A DNA stretch of 64,000 nucleotides, taken from NCBI GenBank assembly GCA_963677925.2, contig CAXXYH010000004.1, forward strand, positions 1,440,001 through 1,504,000, in the 5' to 3' direction. Origin of the DNA: Spirochaetia bacterium (lineage in GTDB: Bacteria; Spirochaetota; Spirochaetia; UBA9216). Shown here piece by piece: positions 46,497 to 56,740 of this stretch. The translations under genes and the position numbers were made by a program. The notes below the pieces were generated by a model. That model saw nothing but the letters and a program-made list of their open reading frames with translations, was not told the DNA's origin and ran no database searches. Within the stretch, counting starts at the first letter, position 1. Each line of letters opens with the position of its first letter.

Positions 46497-49295
46497 CTAC
46501 CAGCTGAATCCCAGGAGCAGAACAGTATCCTGAAGGGTGAATACACCGTTCTGGGTATTATATGCGAACCTGATTCCTGAACTCAGTTCAACCTCTGTGA
46601 ACAGAATATTGTAATTAAACCACAATTCAATTCCCGTTGTCTGAAGCAGTTCATCAGGAGTGAAGGATGCAGGTATCATGCTGTTATAGCAGAAACTTGT
46701 ATCAAGAAAAATATCAGTCCAAATTCTCTGAAGGTAAAACAGGCTGCCAAGCGAGAAATCCGGGTAGGCCAGTGGAAACATGTAGTCGAGTGTTGCTGTG
46801 TACATTGCTGTATAACCGTAATCTGATGCTGTCATAGCCCTCGGAGCAGTCCATGATGCTAAATTATAACGCTCTGAACCGGGATTCAATCCGGCTTCTA
46901 TTCCTGCCATTATACCGTGATTTTCTAAAAAAGAAGGAAGGTAGGTTTCCAGCCTGCTGAATATATAATTGTAGTAGGCCGGATCCAGGCTCAGATACCA
47001 TGTTGCATCAAGTGTAAATCCTGTCCGTGGAATCAGGTCTTTCACTGCCTGATATTCATAAACAGAAAGCGACAGGTTGTTCTGAAGTACTGTCTGAAAA
47101 TTGATACTGCTGCTGTCATTTATGTTTGCAAGCAGGGTAGTCTGAGTATAAAGAGATCTCAGTATATTTCCTGAGGAAAAATTAAAGGGAAGCATTACTC
47201 CGGTGTAGGCTATAGTATTAAAATAACTTCCCGGAGAAACCGCCGGAGTGCCGGTTTCGATACCGTAGACCAGCACCGGCCACAGCCCGCCGTACCATCC
47301 TGATATTGATGCGGCAAGTTCGATTGAATCAGGGTTATAACCTGCACCGATCATGTTTGATGTGTATCCAAGGATATCATCAGCCTGCATATAGGCAAGG
47401 ACAGCCCCGCTGAACTCTGATGTTGTGACTCCGCGGCTGTGAAAATTGAAGGCTCCCGGGAATGGGCTGTAATCGCGTACTGTGTAATCCCTGTCCTGTG
47501 TTTTTGCTTCATCCAGATTGTCGGGATATTTTATCCCGTTTTCCTGCTCTACAAGCCCGGTAAAGTAATCGACATGATGATTCTCAATGCCGGAGGCAGG
47601 CAGCAGTTCCATTTCTGCTGAATCAAGCATCACCGGACGGTAGCCTCCGATCGTATAATCAGCCGCGATAAGCCCGTTTGCCGCAGGAACCGGATTTGAC
47701 AGTCCGAAGCTGCTTCCTGCCGCCCTGTGCAGCTCACCGGTAACGAGGTCTACTGCATGTACTTCTTCGATGCCGGCCGCAGTTGAAATAAAATACAGGT
47801 AATCTTTGGAAGCTGCCGGGCCGGAGATGTCATAATCAGCGTCTTTAAGCAGAATCCGGGACTTTCCTGTCTCTGAATAAATCTGGACTATGGACTTTCT
47901 CCAGTTCTGCTGTCTTAAGAGGATAACCGATCTGCCGTCTGTACTCCAGCATGTCTGGAAATTGGAGCTTCCGTCCGGAAGGTTATATTTGTTAATAAGT
48001 TCTCCGCTGTCAGAATCAATAATTACAAGGTTTTCTGTGCAGTCTTCAAGTATCTCCACAGCCGCAACTCTTTGGGCATCCGGGGAGAGCGAAGGAGAGA
48101 AATACCTTGTTTTGTCAGTTATGAGTCTGTATTCTCCGGTTGCGGGTTCATAGCGCCTTATTTCATCGTAACTAAGGTTCCCCCAGCGCAGATCACCGGT
48201 CACCTCGGTCCAGCAGAATACTCCGTTTTGAAATGAAATGTTCCGGTCGGCGGGATTTATCGTTTTAAGCCTTGTGTTTTTGCCGTCTGCCCCGATTACG
48301 CCAAGCCATGGTCTGCGTGAGTAGGAAGTGTTGTAGGTGTAAACTTCACCTGCTGCGCCTGTTCCGACAGGATATATATTCTGATAGCTGTCATTCTCAG
48401 GCCTGTAAACTTCCTGCATCGGTGATATTTGATAAAAAGATTTCTGCTCCGTCCATTTCTCTTCAAGATCAGAAAGACAGGCCTTCCATAGCGTATTAAC
48501 GCTTTTCCCTGTGTATTTCTTAACCGACAGGTTGAGAATCGTCGGTACGAAGGAGAAATCAGCTGCAGTTTCAAGAATACGGTTGAACTTCTCTATACCG
48601 TATTTATCACGGATGTAGGCGGCAAGATGGTAGCCGTTTACATAATAGTTTGGAAAGTAGCTGCCTGTTGAGCCGAGCATTGCCTGTGAATAATCAGGAG
48701 TCTCTCCGCTTAATACCTGGGTCCGCAGCCCGCGTTCAAAGCCGGGCAGCCGTCCGCGTCCGGAATCTGTGAGCAGGGTTTCTGTGATAACAGCGTCTCC
48801 CTCCCATACCCAGGAGGGTACTGCAAAATGCGACATGGCTGCTGAGCCGTATTCACCGAAGAGAAAGGCTGCAAATGCTGTAAAGCCGCGGTTTAGCTTT
48901 TCATTCTGAACAATATGCCGCAGTTCATGTATCCATACAAATTCCAGCCAGTCTGATGTTCCGCTGAGTGTTGAACCCTGCGGCGGAAGATTGTAGAGCA
49001 TTGAGTGCTCGGGGGCTGATGCTACATAGCCGTTGCTTATCGTGTAGGTATTGTTCAGCACAACCTGCCACCGGTCGGTAGCCGTTTTCAGGCTGTAGGC
49101 ATCCGTATCGTATATGTAGTCAAATAATTGGGCTGTTTCCATGGCCGTATCAGTCATATCAGCCGGAAAGATCAGTGTGAAATTATCTGCTTCAATCTTT
49201 TTCCAGTCCATACCCGGGGGAAACTGGTTTGTCTGTGCCGATAACGATAAAACCGTTACGGCCGAAATGAGAAGAAATGCTGTAAACTTTTTCAT
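46497..49295 (-). CDS. Secreted/outer-membrane protein: zinc-peptidase-like domain + TolB-like beta-propeller + putative beta-barrel
   Basis: Signal peptide; HELRH...WVWEGDAV; PSLSPDA and WSTDG propeller repeats; beta-rich C-terminus ending FSW. Confidence 0.65.
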   Translation of the reverse strand: MKKFTAFLLISAVTVLSLSAQTNQFPPGMDWKKIEADNFTLIFPADMTDTAMETAQLFDYIYDTDAYSLKTATDRWQVVLNNTYTISNGYVASAPEHSMLYNLPPQGSTLSGTSDWLEFVWIHELRHIVQNEKLNRGFTAFAAFLFGEYGSAAMSHFAVPSWVWEGDAVITETLLTDSGRGRLPGFERGLRTQVLSGETPDYSQAMLGSTGSYFPNYYVNGYHLAAYIRDKYGIEKFNRILETAADFSFVPTILNLSVKKYTGKSVNTLWKACLSDLEEKWTEQKSFYQISPMQEVYRPENDSYQNIYPVGTGAAGEVYTYNTSYSRRPWLGVIGADGKNTRLKTINPADRNISFQNGVFCWTEVTGDLRWGNLSYDEIRRYEPATGEYRLITDKTRYFSPSLSPDAQRVAAVEILEDCTENLVIIDSDSGELINKYNLPDGSSNFQTCWSTDGRSVILLRQQNWRKSIVQIYSETGKSRILLKDADYDISGPAASKDYLYFISTAAGIEEVHAVDLVTGELHRAAGSSFGLSNPVPAANGLIAADYTIGGYRPVMLDSAEMELLPASGIENHHVDYFTGLVEQENGIKYPDNLDEAKTQDRDYTVRDYSPFPGAFNFHSRGVTTSEFSGAVLAYMQADDILGYTSNMIGAGYNPDSIELAASISGWYGGLWPVLVYGIETGTPAVSPGSYFNTIAYTGVMLPFNFSSGNILRSLYTQTTLLANINDSSSINFQTVLQNNLSLSVYEYQAVKDLIPRTGFTLDATWYLSLDPAYYNYIFSRLETYLPSFLENHGIMAGIEAGLNPGSERYNLASWTAPRAMTASDYGYTAMYTATLDYMFPLAYPDFSLGSLFYLQRIWTDIFLDTSFCYNSMIPASFTPDELLQTTGIELWFNYNILFTEVELSSGIRFAYNTQNGVFTLQDTVLLLGFSW

Positions 49296-49296
49296 A

Positions 49297-50409
49297 TTAC
49301 TTCCTGAAGAAGGATTTTCTTATTCCCCGCAGCAGATTGATGATTTCACGATCAAAATCAGTAGCCGTCAGGGATGTCTTTCCGGGAATCACTATCCAGT
49401 CCGGAACTTTCAGTTCCATCGGATCAAAATGTCTCGCCCACTGTCTTGAAATTTTCATGGAAACGGCATAGGGCATCAGCCTGAAGAAAAGACTGCTGTC
49501 CTTTTCGGATGCCTGCTTAAGCGCATCATCATTGGCGTTAAGGATATAGTTTCTGAACCCCAGGGCATGTTCGTACTGCTGTTCTCCGTAAGAGGTCATT
49601 CTGGTCATCATATTCATTACAATGGTGATGATAAACGCAGTTATAACAGAGAATACGTATCTGAAGCCGCTTGTTCCACCTCCGATGATCATGAAGGCAG
49701 TTAGAAGTATCGCTAGCCCGGTACTTAGTATCAGTGCGAACATGATAAAAAGCCATGCTTTATCTGTACGCAGCTGTTTGGGTCTTGCAAGCAGAAAACT
49801 GATGAAATAAAGCGCAACAAGGATGAAGGCACTTATGGATATTGTTATTCCGGGTCCGAATCTGAATGTATTGCGCAGCAGAACCATCTCGATGATAAGC
49901 AGCTTTGCAACCGGCAGAAGTGCAAAAAATCCGACAAGGACAATGTTCCTGGCGCTGTCGGCAGAGTAAAGTCTGAACTCGGGGTTTGATGTGAAATGTT
50001 TGACAAGCTTTCCCCTTGTCCGGCGTATCCGTCCGTAGATTGCCGAGATAATGTTAACTCTTCTGAAAATCTCTCCGTCGCCGTAGCGGTTGAAAAGGTT
50101 GTCAAAAAGATAAATTTCATACTGCCTGGCATTGTAGGGGAGGTCTTTGAGTTTCTGAATGTGAAAATCAACCCCGCTGTGAATGCGGATATAACCGTTT
50201 TCCGCCCAGTTCAGAATTATTACTGCGATCTCCATGTCCGAAGTTTTACCCGTAAGGAGGTAGCTTATTTCCGAAGGCAGTATGTTTTCAGGAGGCGCAT
50301 CCTCCATCGACGGAAAAAAATCCCTGCTCTGACCCCTGTAATACCATATGAGAAAAGGAATAAGGGTCAGGACTAAATCCAGAGCCAAATCTACTATCTG
50401 CATTATCAT
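49297..50409 (-). CDS. DUF2207-family membrane protein (C-terminal part)
   Basis: PPENILPSEI, ILNWAENGYIRI, GFRNYI, LMPYAVSM...WA motifs. Confidence 0.7.
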   Translation of the reverse strand: MIMQIVDLALDLVLTLIPFLIWYYRGQSRDFFPSMEDAPPENILPSEISYLLTGKTSDMEIAVIILNWAENGYIRIHSGVDFHIQKLKDLPYNARQYEIYLFDNLFNRYGDGEIFRRVNIISAIYGRIRRTRGKLVKHFTSNPEFRLYSADSARNIVLVGFFALLPVAKLLIIEMVLLRNTFRFGPGITISISAFILVALYFISFLLARPKQLRTDKAWLFIMFALILSTGLAILLTAFMIIGGGTSGFRYVFSVITAFIITIVMNMMTRMTSYGEQQYEHALGFRNYILNANDDALKQASEKDSSLFFRLMPYAVSMKISRQWARHFDPMELKVPDWIVIPGKTSLTATDFDREIINLLRGIRKSFFRK

Positions 50410-50474
50410 AATATAAACTATATTCGTTTAATTGTCATATTTAAAGATTAGGATTCTCATGATATCTTTAGTTC

Positions 50475-51149
50475 ATGCGTATAATGATCATCGAAGACGA
50501 CCAGACTATAGCTGATTTCCTGAAAAAAGGACTTAAGGAAGCCGGATACACGGTTGAGCATTCACTTACAGGAGAGGACGGCCTGTCGATGCTGCAGAAC
50601 AGCGAGTTTGATGCCGCTGTAATTGATATCATGCTTCCGGGCATGGACGGGCTGTCTGTCATTGAACAGCTTCGCGGTACCGGCAATCATCTGCCTATCA
50701 TGGTTCTAAGCGCCAAACGCTCGGTCGACGACAGGGTTCTGGGGCTTCAGAAGGGAGGCGATGACTATCTGGTGAAGCCGTTTTCCTTTTCCGAACTGCT
50801 TGCCCGTCTTCAGGCCCTTCTTAGACGTTCGGCCATTAAGCCGGAAGCCACCCTGCTTGAATCATCCGGACTGTCGCTGAATATAGTTACCAGAGAGGTT
50901 ATCCGGGACGGGGAACATCTTGATCTCAATCCGAAAGAATTCTCGCTTCTTGAATATTTCATGCGCAACAAGGATGTGGTGCTGTCAAAAACCATGATTA
51001 TGGAGCACATCTGGAACTATGATTTTGATCCCCAGACCAATGTTGTTGATGTTCTTGTTTCAAGACTTCGAAGCAAGGTTGACCGGGAATCAGAAAAGAA
51101 ACTTATTCATACCATTCGCGGCGTAGGTTATGTTTTCCGGGATAAATAA
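50475..51149 (+). CDS. OmpR-family response regulator (CusR-like)
   Basis: IEDD, DIMLPGMDG, GGDDYLVKPF, TNVVDV, IHTIRGVGY. Confidence 0.95.
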   Translation: MRIMIIEDDQTIADFLKKGLKEAGYTVEHSLTGEDGLSMLQNSEFDAAVIDIMLPGMDGLSVIEQLRGTGNHLPIMVLSAKRSVDDRVLGLQKGGDDYLVKPFSFSELLARLQALLRRSAIKPEATLLESSGLSLNIVTREVIRDGEHLDLNPKEFSLLEYFMRNKDVVLSKTMIMEHIWNYDFDPQTNVVDVLVSRLRSKVDRESEKKLIHTIRGVGYVFRDK

Positions 51150-52560
51150 AAGCATACGAGGCAATCTCAAGCTTACCGCCATCTTCGGTGCGGTTTTCTG
51201 GCTTACCGCAATAGTTCTATATCTTTTTGTTTTCATTTACATCTATACAACCCTCCGTCAGGAGGACCGCACCAGCCTTCAGGTCCGGCTTCTTGGATAC
51301 TGGGCCATTGAGCGCTCCGGTGGTCTGGATCTTTTAACCGGGAGTGTCGACGTTAATACCATACTTCCCGGAGAAGCGCCTTTTTTTGTGCGGATATCGG
51401 ACGAGTTCAACAGCACATACCTTCTTGAAACTCCTCAGCGCTGGGAGAGCTTCAATTTCAGCACACTTGAAAATGATCCGCCCGATCCGGGCAGCTTCAA
51501 GGTACTGCGCTCTCCCTCGCACAAGTATATCCTGGAGGCAGGCACCATCAGGCTGTCCGACGGCTATTTTCTTCAGGTCGGCATAAGCGATGAAACCCGG
51601 CGCCGGATTATGGAGATGCTGTCAAAAAGCTTTGTAGCCGCCTTTCTGGTGCTTATTTTTGTAAGCTTTGCGGCGGGATTTTTCATTTCATACCGTTACC
51701 TCAAACCGGTCAGACGGCTTGAATCGACAGTAGCCGATATCATAATGACCGGGAAAATCCAGCGGCGTATTGAAATCGAAACAAACGGCAGCGAGCTGAA
51801 TGAACTGTCTCTGTCATTTAACCGGATGCTTGAAAGAATAGAAAACCTTGTGAACGGGATGAAGGGTGCCCTTGATACTGTTGCCCATGATTTGCGGACG
51901 CCGATCACAAGGTTCAGGATGATTGCAGAACAGGCTTTAAGCCTATCAGGCGGATACTCCGCTGATCCGGAAATGCTTCAGACCGCACTTGAAAAAGCAG
52001 TCGAGGAATCCGACACCCTGCTTCGGATGATGAGTATGCTGATGGATATATCCGAGGCGGAAACCGGAACCCTGCGCCTGAATCTCAGCCGTTTTGCACC
52101 GCTTGATGTTCTTCGCGAGGCAATCGATGTCTATTCCATTCTGGCTGAGGAGCGCGGGATGCGGATAACAATTTCAGATGACAGCTGGGACGGAGACATT
52201 ACAGCAGATCAGGACCGCTTCAGGCAGGTTGCGGGTAACCTTCTTGATAATGCGGTGAAATACGGCAAAACCGGCGGTGAAGTTCTGGTGTCTGTAGCCA
52301 CGGTTTCAGATGAAGCAGTTATCTCTGTTAAAGATGACGGGGAAGGAATTGCCGAAGAGGATGTTTCGAGAATATGGGAACGCCTGTACAGGGGGAAATC
52401 CTCCATGAACGGTCTCGGTCTGGGGCTTAGCCTTGTTAACGCTATAGTTACCGCACACGGCGGCCGGGCAGAAGTGTTCAGTACTCCGGGGCAGGGTTCA
52501 GATTTCAGGGTGATATTCCCGCTTAAAACAACGGACAATAATTTACAAGATACTGACTGA
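51130..52560 (+). CDS. HAMP-domain sensor histidine kinase
   Basis: Two TM, HAMP, AHDLRTP, NLLDNAVKY, DDGEGI, GLGLGL. Confidence 0.93.
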   Translation: MFSGINKSIRGNLKLTAIFGAVFWLTAIVLYLFVFIYIYTTLRQEDRTSLQVRLLGYWAIERSGGLDLLTGSVDVNTILPGEAPFFVRISDEFNSTYLLETPQRWESFNFSTLENDPPDPGSFKVLRSPSHKYILEAGTIRLSDGYFLQVGISDETRRRIMEMLSKSFVAAFLVLIFVSFAAGFFISYRYLKPVRRLESTVADIIMTGKIQRRIEIETNGSELNELSLSFNRMLERIENLVNGMKGALDTVAHDLRTPITRFRMIAEQALSLSGGYSADPEMLQTALEKAVEESDTLLRMMSMLMDISEAETGTLRLNLSRFAPLDVLREAIDVYSILAEERGMRITISDDSWDGDITADQDRFRQVAGNLLDNAVKYGKTGGEVLVSVATVSDEAVISVKDDGEGIAEEDVSRIWERLYRGKSSMNGLGLGLSLVNAIVTAHGGRAEVFSTPGQGSDFRVIFPLKTTDNNLQDTD

Positions 52561-52602
52561 ATAATCCAATCCAATTGACAAAGGTCGTATTATAATTTTC
52601 TC

Positions 52603-55422
52603 ATGGGAAGATATGTACGAATTATTGCCTGCAGTGTACTGGACAGTGAGCTTAAGGCTGCGGCCGAAAGAGCAGGCGTTACAATAGATGAAGAATACCT
52701 TGAAGCTGGACTGCATGAGCAGCCTCACGTGCTTCACTCTGAGCTTCAGGCCGCGATTGACCGGGCAGAAGAGCTGAAAAATGAAGGCCGCAATTATGAT
52801 GCGCTTGTCATAGGCTACGGCCTCTGCGGCCGGGGAACAACCGGCATTACTGCAGGCAGCATACCGCTTATCATTCCGAGGGTTCATGACTGCATTGCCA
52901 TGTTTCTGGGCTCCGACAAGAGATACCGAAAGCAGTTTGCCGGGAATCCCGGCACTTTTTATATGACCCGGGGCTGGTATGACTATAAAACCCAGCCGAT
53001 GGCGGTAAAAAAGCGCGGAGACCGCCCGGTTGAGGGCAACTGGGATATAAGCGCCGGATTCGATTCAATAAAGAGGAAATACGGCAGGGATAATGCCGAA
53101 GAAATATACTCGTTTCTTAATTCATGGAAGAAGAACTACACCCGGTCGGTTTTTATCGAGACCGGAACAGAGAAAAGCAACGAATATGAGGATTATACCA
53201 GAGACCTTGCAGATGAACTGGGCTGGAAGTTTGAAAGGGTAAAGGGCAGTGACCACCTCTTTCTGCGTATGCTGATGACCGAATCAACCGATGATGAGAT
53301 TCTTGTTGTTCCCCCGGGACATATAACCGCCTTTGATCCTCTTAAATACGGACTTTATTCATATGATCCCGGCAGCGGCAGCAAAAAGCTCTGGGATCGT
53401 CCGGTACCGGGCACTGAAGCCTCTTTAGAGGATAGACCCGCAGCCCCGGCTGAATCCAGAGTCCGGGGGATAGGTCTTGGTATTGACGCCGGCGGAACCT
53501 ATACCGATGCTGTCATCTATGATTTCGGCCGCTGTAAAGTTCTTGCCCGGGCCAAGTCTCCCACAACAAGATGGAACTATACAATCGGCATCGTGGAAGC
53601 GGTTAAGAAGCTTCCTCCGAAACTGCTGCCTGAGATAATAATAACCGTTGTTTCAACCACTCTGGCCACCAACGCAATAGTTGAAAATGCCGGCCAGAAA
53701 GTAGGACTGCTTCTTATGCCGCTGGGGGATGCGACAGCAAAACAGATCTCACACTCGCCGTACAGAATAGTAAAGGGAAGGCTGTCGATTCAGGGTGATG
53801 AACTTGAAGCGGTTGATGTTCAGCAGATCAAGGCGGCTGCCTCCGAACTTGTCAAAAATGAACAGGTAGGCTCCTTTGCTGTTTCCGGCTACGGGAGCAC
53901 GGTTAACCCTGCCCATGAGCTGCAGATAAAGAAAATCCTAGAGGATGAAACCGGTCTGGGTGTCTGCTGCGGTCATGAACTGTCCAGCACGCTTAATTTC
54001 TTTGTGAGGGCAAATACTGCTGTTCTCAACGCCGGAATCATTCCCCTTCTTGAACAGTTTATAAAGGAGCTGCAGACAGCCCTGACGGAGCTTCAGATAT
54101 CAGGCTCTGTTATGATAGTCCGCGGCGACGGCTCGCTTATGAGCTGCGCACGGGCGGTTGAGCACCCGATTGAAACTACGCTTTCAGGCCCGGCTGCAAG
54201 TATCGCCGGTGCAAGATTCCTATCCGGAAGTGCCGATGCCCTTGTAATCGATGTGGGCGGAACAACCTCTGATATAGGCCTTATTAAAAATGGTGTAATA
54301 AGGCTGACCGAAGAGGGTGCCAGAGTCGGCAGGTGGAAGACCCACATCAAGGCTGTGGACATGGCGACCCTGGGTACCGGCGGCGACAGCAGGATTGTTA
54401 TCGACAGCAGGGAGCTGAAAACCGGTCCGCGGCGTGTTGCTCCTGTCGGAAGAGTTTTTGAAATTTCGGGTCATGAAGATACTGTGGAATATATCAGCAG
54501 CCTTCAGTACGACTACTTTGTAAACACCGCCCCGATGGAGATCCTTTCCCTGACCGGCCGAAAGCCTGAATTTGAACTTACAAAAGAAGAAACTGCTATA
54601 ATTGATATTCTTTCAGAGCGTCCGTTTTCGGTAATGGAGCTTTCTCACCGGATAAATCACGGACTATGGAAAATTCTTAACACAGCAAGACTTGAGACCT
54701 CGGCAGTTATTCTGCGCTACGGTCTTACTCCGACAGACCTGCTTACAGCTTCAGGCGATGTAAGCCTCTGGCCTGCTGAAATTTCAAAGCAGATTCTGGA
54801 GCTGTATTCTGAAATATGGGGAACCGAACCTGATGTTTTCACAGCAGATGTATTTAAGTCTGTAACCGATAATCTTCTGCGAACCCTTGTTATTCAGGAG
54901 CTCGATATACCCGGAGATGAGGCTGAAAACCTCTCAGGTAACGCCACTTTTAGAAACCTTCTTTCAAGGCTTAAGGGCGGCTCAAGAGCTCTCGCGCTGA
55001 CGCCGTCCCTGAAGACCGACTTGATCGGTGTAGGTGCTGCGGCAGGATGGCTTTTAAAAGGTCTGTCTGAACTGCTTGGCTCCCAGCTTGTTATTCCCGA
55101 CGATGCAGATGTTGCAAACGCCGTAGGAGCTGTGTGCAGCATGGTTTCGGTCCGCAGGGATGCTTCGGTCACCCCGGCTTCGGGAGGCGGTTTCCTTGTA
55201 AACGGTACCGGCGAGCTGAAACAGTTCGATGACTATGACGAGGCCTGTGACTATCTGGAGGAAAAACTGGCTGGAGTCATAAGGACGGACGCTGCAGCCG
55301 CCGGAACAGCTGAAACCGGTATCAAATGGAGTGTTGAAAACCGTATTTCAGCAACCAGCGACGGAACCAGTGTCTTTCTCGGCCGCGAGTATACGGTAGA
55401 AATTACCGGCCTTCCTGTTTGA
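52603..55422 (+). CDS. DUF1638 domain fused to hydantoinase/oxoprolinase A-type domains
   Basis: IIAC, GLHEQP, YGLCGRG, HDCIAMFLG (DUF1638); GIDAGGTYTD, STTLATN, SGPAAS, DVGGTTSD, GGDS (hydantoinase A). Confidence 0.85.
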   Translation: MGRYVRIIACSVLDSELKAAAERAGVTIDEEYLEAGLHEQPHVLHSELQAAIDRAEELKNEGRNYDALVIGYGLCGRGTTGITAGSIPLIIPRVHDCIAMFLGSDKRYRKQFAGNPGTFYMTRGWYDYKTQPMAVKKRGDRPVEGNWDISAGFDSIKRKYGRDNAEEIYSFLNSWKKNYTRSVFIETGTEKSNEYEDYTRDLADELGWKFERVKGSDHLFLRMLMTESTDDEILVVPPGHITAFDPLKYGLYSYDPGSGSKKLWDRPVPGTEASLEDRPAAPAESRVRGIGLGIDAGGTYTDAVIYDFGRCKVLARAKSPTTRWNYTIGIVEAVKKLPPKLLPEIIITVVSTTLATNAIVENAGQKVGLLLMPLGDATAKQISHSPYRIVKGRLSIQGDELEAVDVQQIKAAASELVKNEQVGSFAVSGYGSTVNPAHELQIKKILEDETGLGVCCGHELSSTLNFFVRANTAVLNAGIIPLLEQFIKELQTALTELQISGSVMIVRGDGSLMSCARAVEHPIETTLSGPAASIAGARFLSGSADALVIDVGGTTSDIGLIKNGVIRLTEEGARVGRWKTHIKAVDMATLGTGGDSRIVIDSRELKTGPRRVAPVGRVFEISGHEDTVEYISSLQYDYFVNTAPMEILSLTGRKPEFELTKEETAIIDILSERPFSVMELSHRINHGLWKILNTARLETSAVILRYGLTPTDLLTASGDVSLWPAEISKQILELYSEIWGTEPDVFTADVFKSVTDNLLRTLVIQELDIPGDEAENLSGNATFRNLLSRLKGGSRALALTPSLKTDLIGVGAAAGWLLKGLSELLGSQLVIPDDADVANAVGAVCSMVSVRRDASVTPASGGGFLVNGTGELKQFDDYDEACDYLEEKLAGVIRTDAAAAGTAETGIKWSVENRISATSDGTSVFLGREYTVEITGLPV

Positions 55423-56719
55423 GAGGAGCCTCTTTCCGGGGCTGACTTTCCATCCCGAGTGCCAGAAACAGCACTATTACGGGCAGCACCGCAGCAATAA
55501 CGGCTCCGTATCTGAGTGCTCCGGTTACATCGTTTATAAAAGACATGAAAACCGGGCCCAGGGAGCTTGCAATAACACCGGCTGAGACCAGCACTCCGTT
55601 AATAGAGCCCAGATGCTTTCTGCCGAAATAGGCGGGCATGGCCGTTGCATTAACAGGTCCGAACATTGAAGAGCCCAGCCCCAGCCCCGCTATAGTCATT
55701 ATGAAGCCCGCATGGGTATTAAAAAAGAAAAGCGATATAAACCCGATTACCTGCCCGGCAAGCATAAAAAACACAATATACTTGATCTTTATTCTGTCGC
55801 TGAGCCAGGAACCCAGAAAACTGAGCGGAATAGAAATAAATGATATCGGCAGAAAGATGGATACCGTCTTTTCGATGGATAAACCCGATTGAATGCCCAG
55901 AGCCTGGATGTGAAATGTTATACCTGTGAAAACGAAGGAGTGAATGGATACCGCAGCTGCAATTACCCAGAAGGCCCTTGTCCGCAAAGCTTCTTTAAGC
56001 GGTGTTCCGTCTACAACCAGGGGTTTACTGTCGCTTGAGCCCTCAACGTGGATCCCGCAGGCCTCCGGACTGTCCCTGTAGAAAAGCAGAGCAAGCAGTG
56101 TCATTCCCAGTCCGACAGTTATTGCCAGAAGCATCCATGCATTTTTCCAGCCTGCCGCATTGACTATCGAATTAAGCACTGCAGGAGCAGAGGCAAAGGC
56201 CAGACTGTTGAATACTCCTACTACTGCAATCGCTTTTCCCCTGGATCTGCTGAACCATCTTGATACCATTGTATTTGAGGTCATACTCATCAGCCCCTGT
56301 CCGAAAAATCTTATACCGAAGAGTCCGGGAACAAGGAGGATAATATAGATTACTGCTGAGGGCGCATCAGGAAAGAGTCCCATGAGCCAGGCTGCGTTTA
56401 AATCAATTCTGCTTAAAAGAAAGAGCACAAGTCCAAGCCCTATCGTTGCAAAACCCATGAAGTATCGGGCTCCGAAACGGTCCAAAAGCGGACCCATAAA
56501 GGGAAGTATGAAGCCGCTTGTTATGGTTCCGGCCATATATGCGAAGGAAAGCTGGGTTCGTCCCAGTCCCGACAGAGCCAGAACAGGCTCTGTAAATGCG
56601 CTGAATCCGGCGGTCTGGCCGGGGAGAGTCATTATTACACCTATAACTGCTGCCGGAACTACTATCCAGCCGTAATAGAAAGGTACTCTTTGTGCAAGGT
56701 TCAATTTATTCTGATTCAT
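55403..56719 (-). CDS. MFS transporter
   Basis: FYYGWIVV, GPLLDRFGAR, WFSRSRGKA, YFGRKHLG; ~12 TM. Confidence 0.9.
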   Translation of the reverse strand: MNQNKLNLAQRVPFYYGWIVVPAAVIGVIMTLPGQTAGFSAFTEPVLALSGLGRTQLSFAYMAGTITSGFILPFMGPLLDRFGARYFMGFATIGLGLVLFLLSRIDLNAAWLMGLFPDAPSAVIYIILLVPGLFGIRFFGQGLMSMTSNTMVSRWFSRSRGKAIAVVGVFNSLAFASAPAVLNSIVNAAGWKNAWMLLAITVGLGMTLLALLFYRDSPEACGIHVEGSSDSKPLVVDGTPLKEALRTRAFWVIAAAVSIHSFVFTGITFHIQALGIQSGLSIEKTVSIFLPISFISIPLSFLGSWLSDRIKIKYIVFFMLAGQVIGFISLFFFNTHAGFIMTIAGLGLGSSMFGPVNATAMPAYFGRKHLGSINGVLVSAGVIASSLGPVFMSFINDVTGALRYGAVIAAVLPVIVLFLALGMESQPRKEAPLKQEGR

Positions 56720-56740
56720 ATTCCCTGATTATTACTAAAT

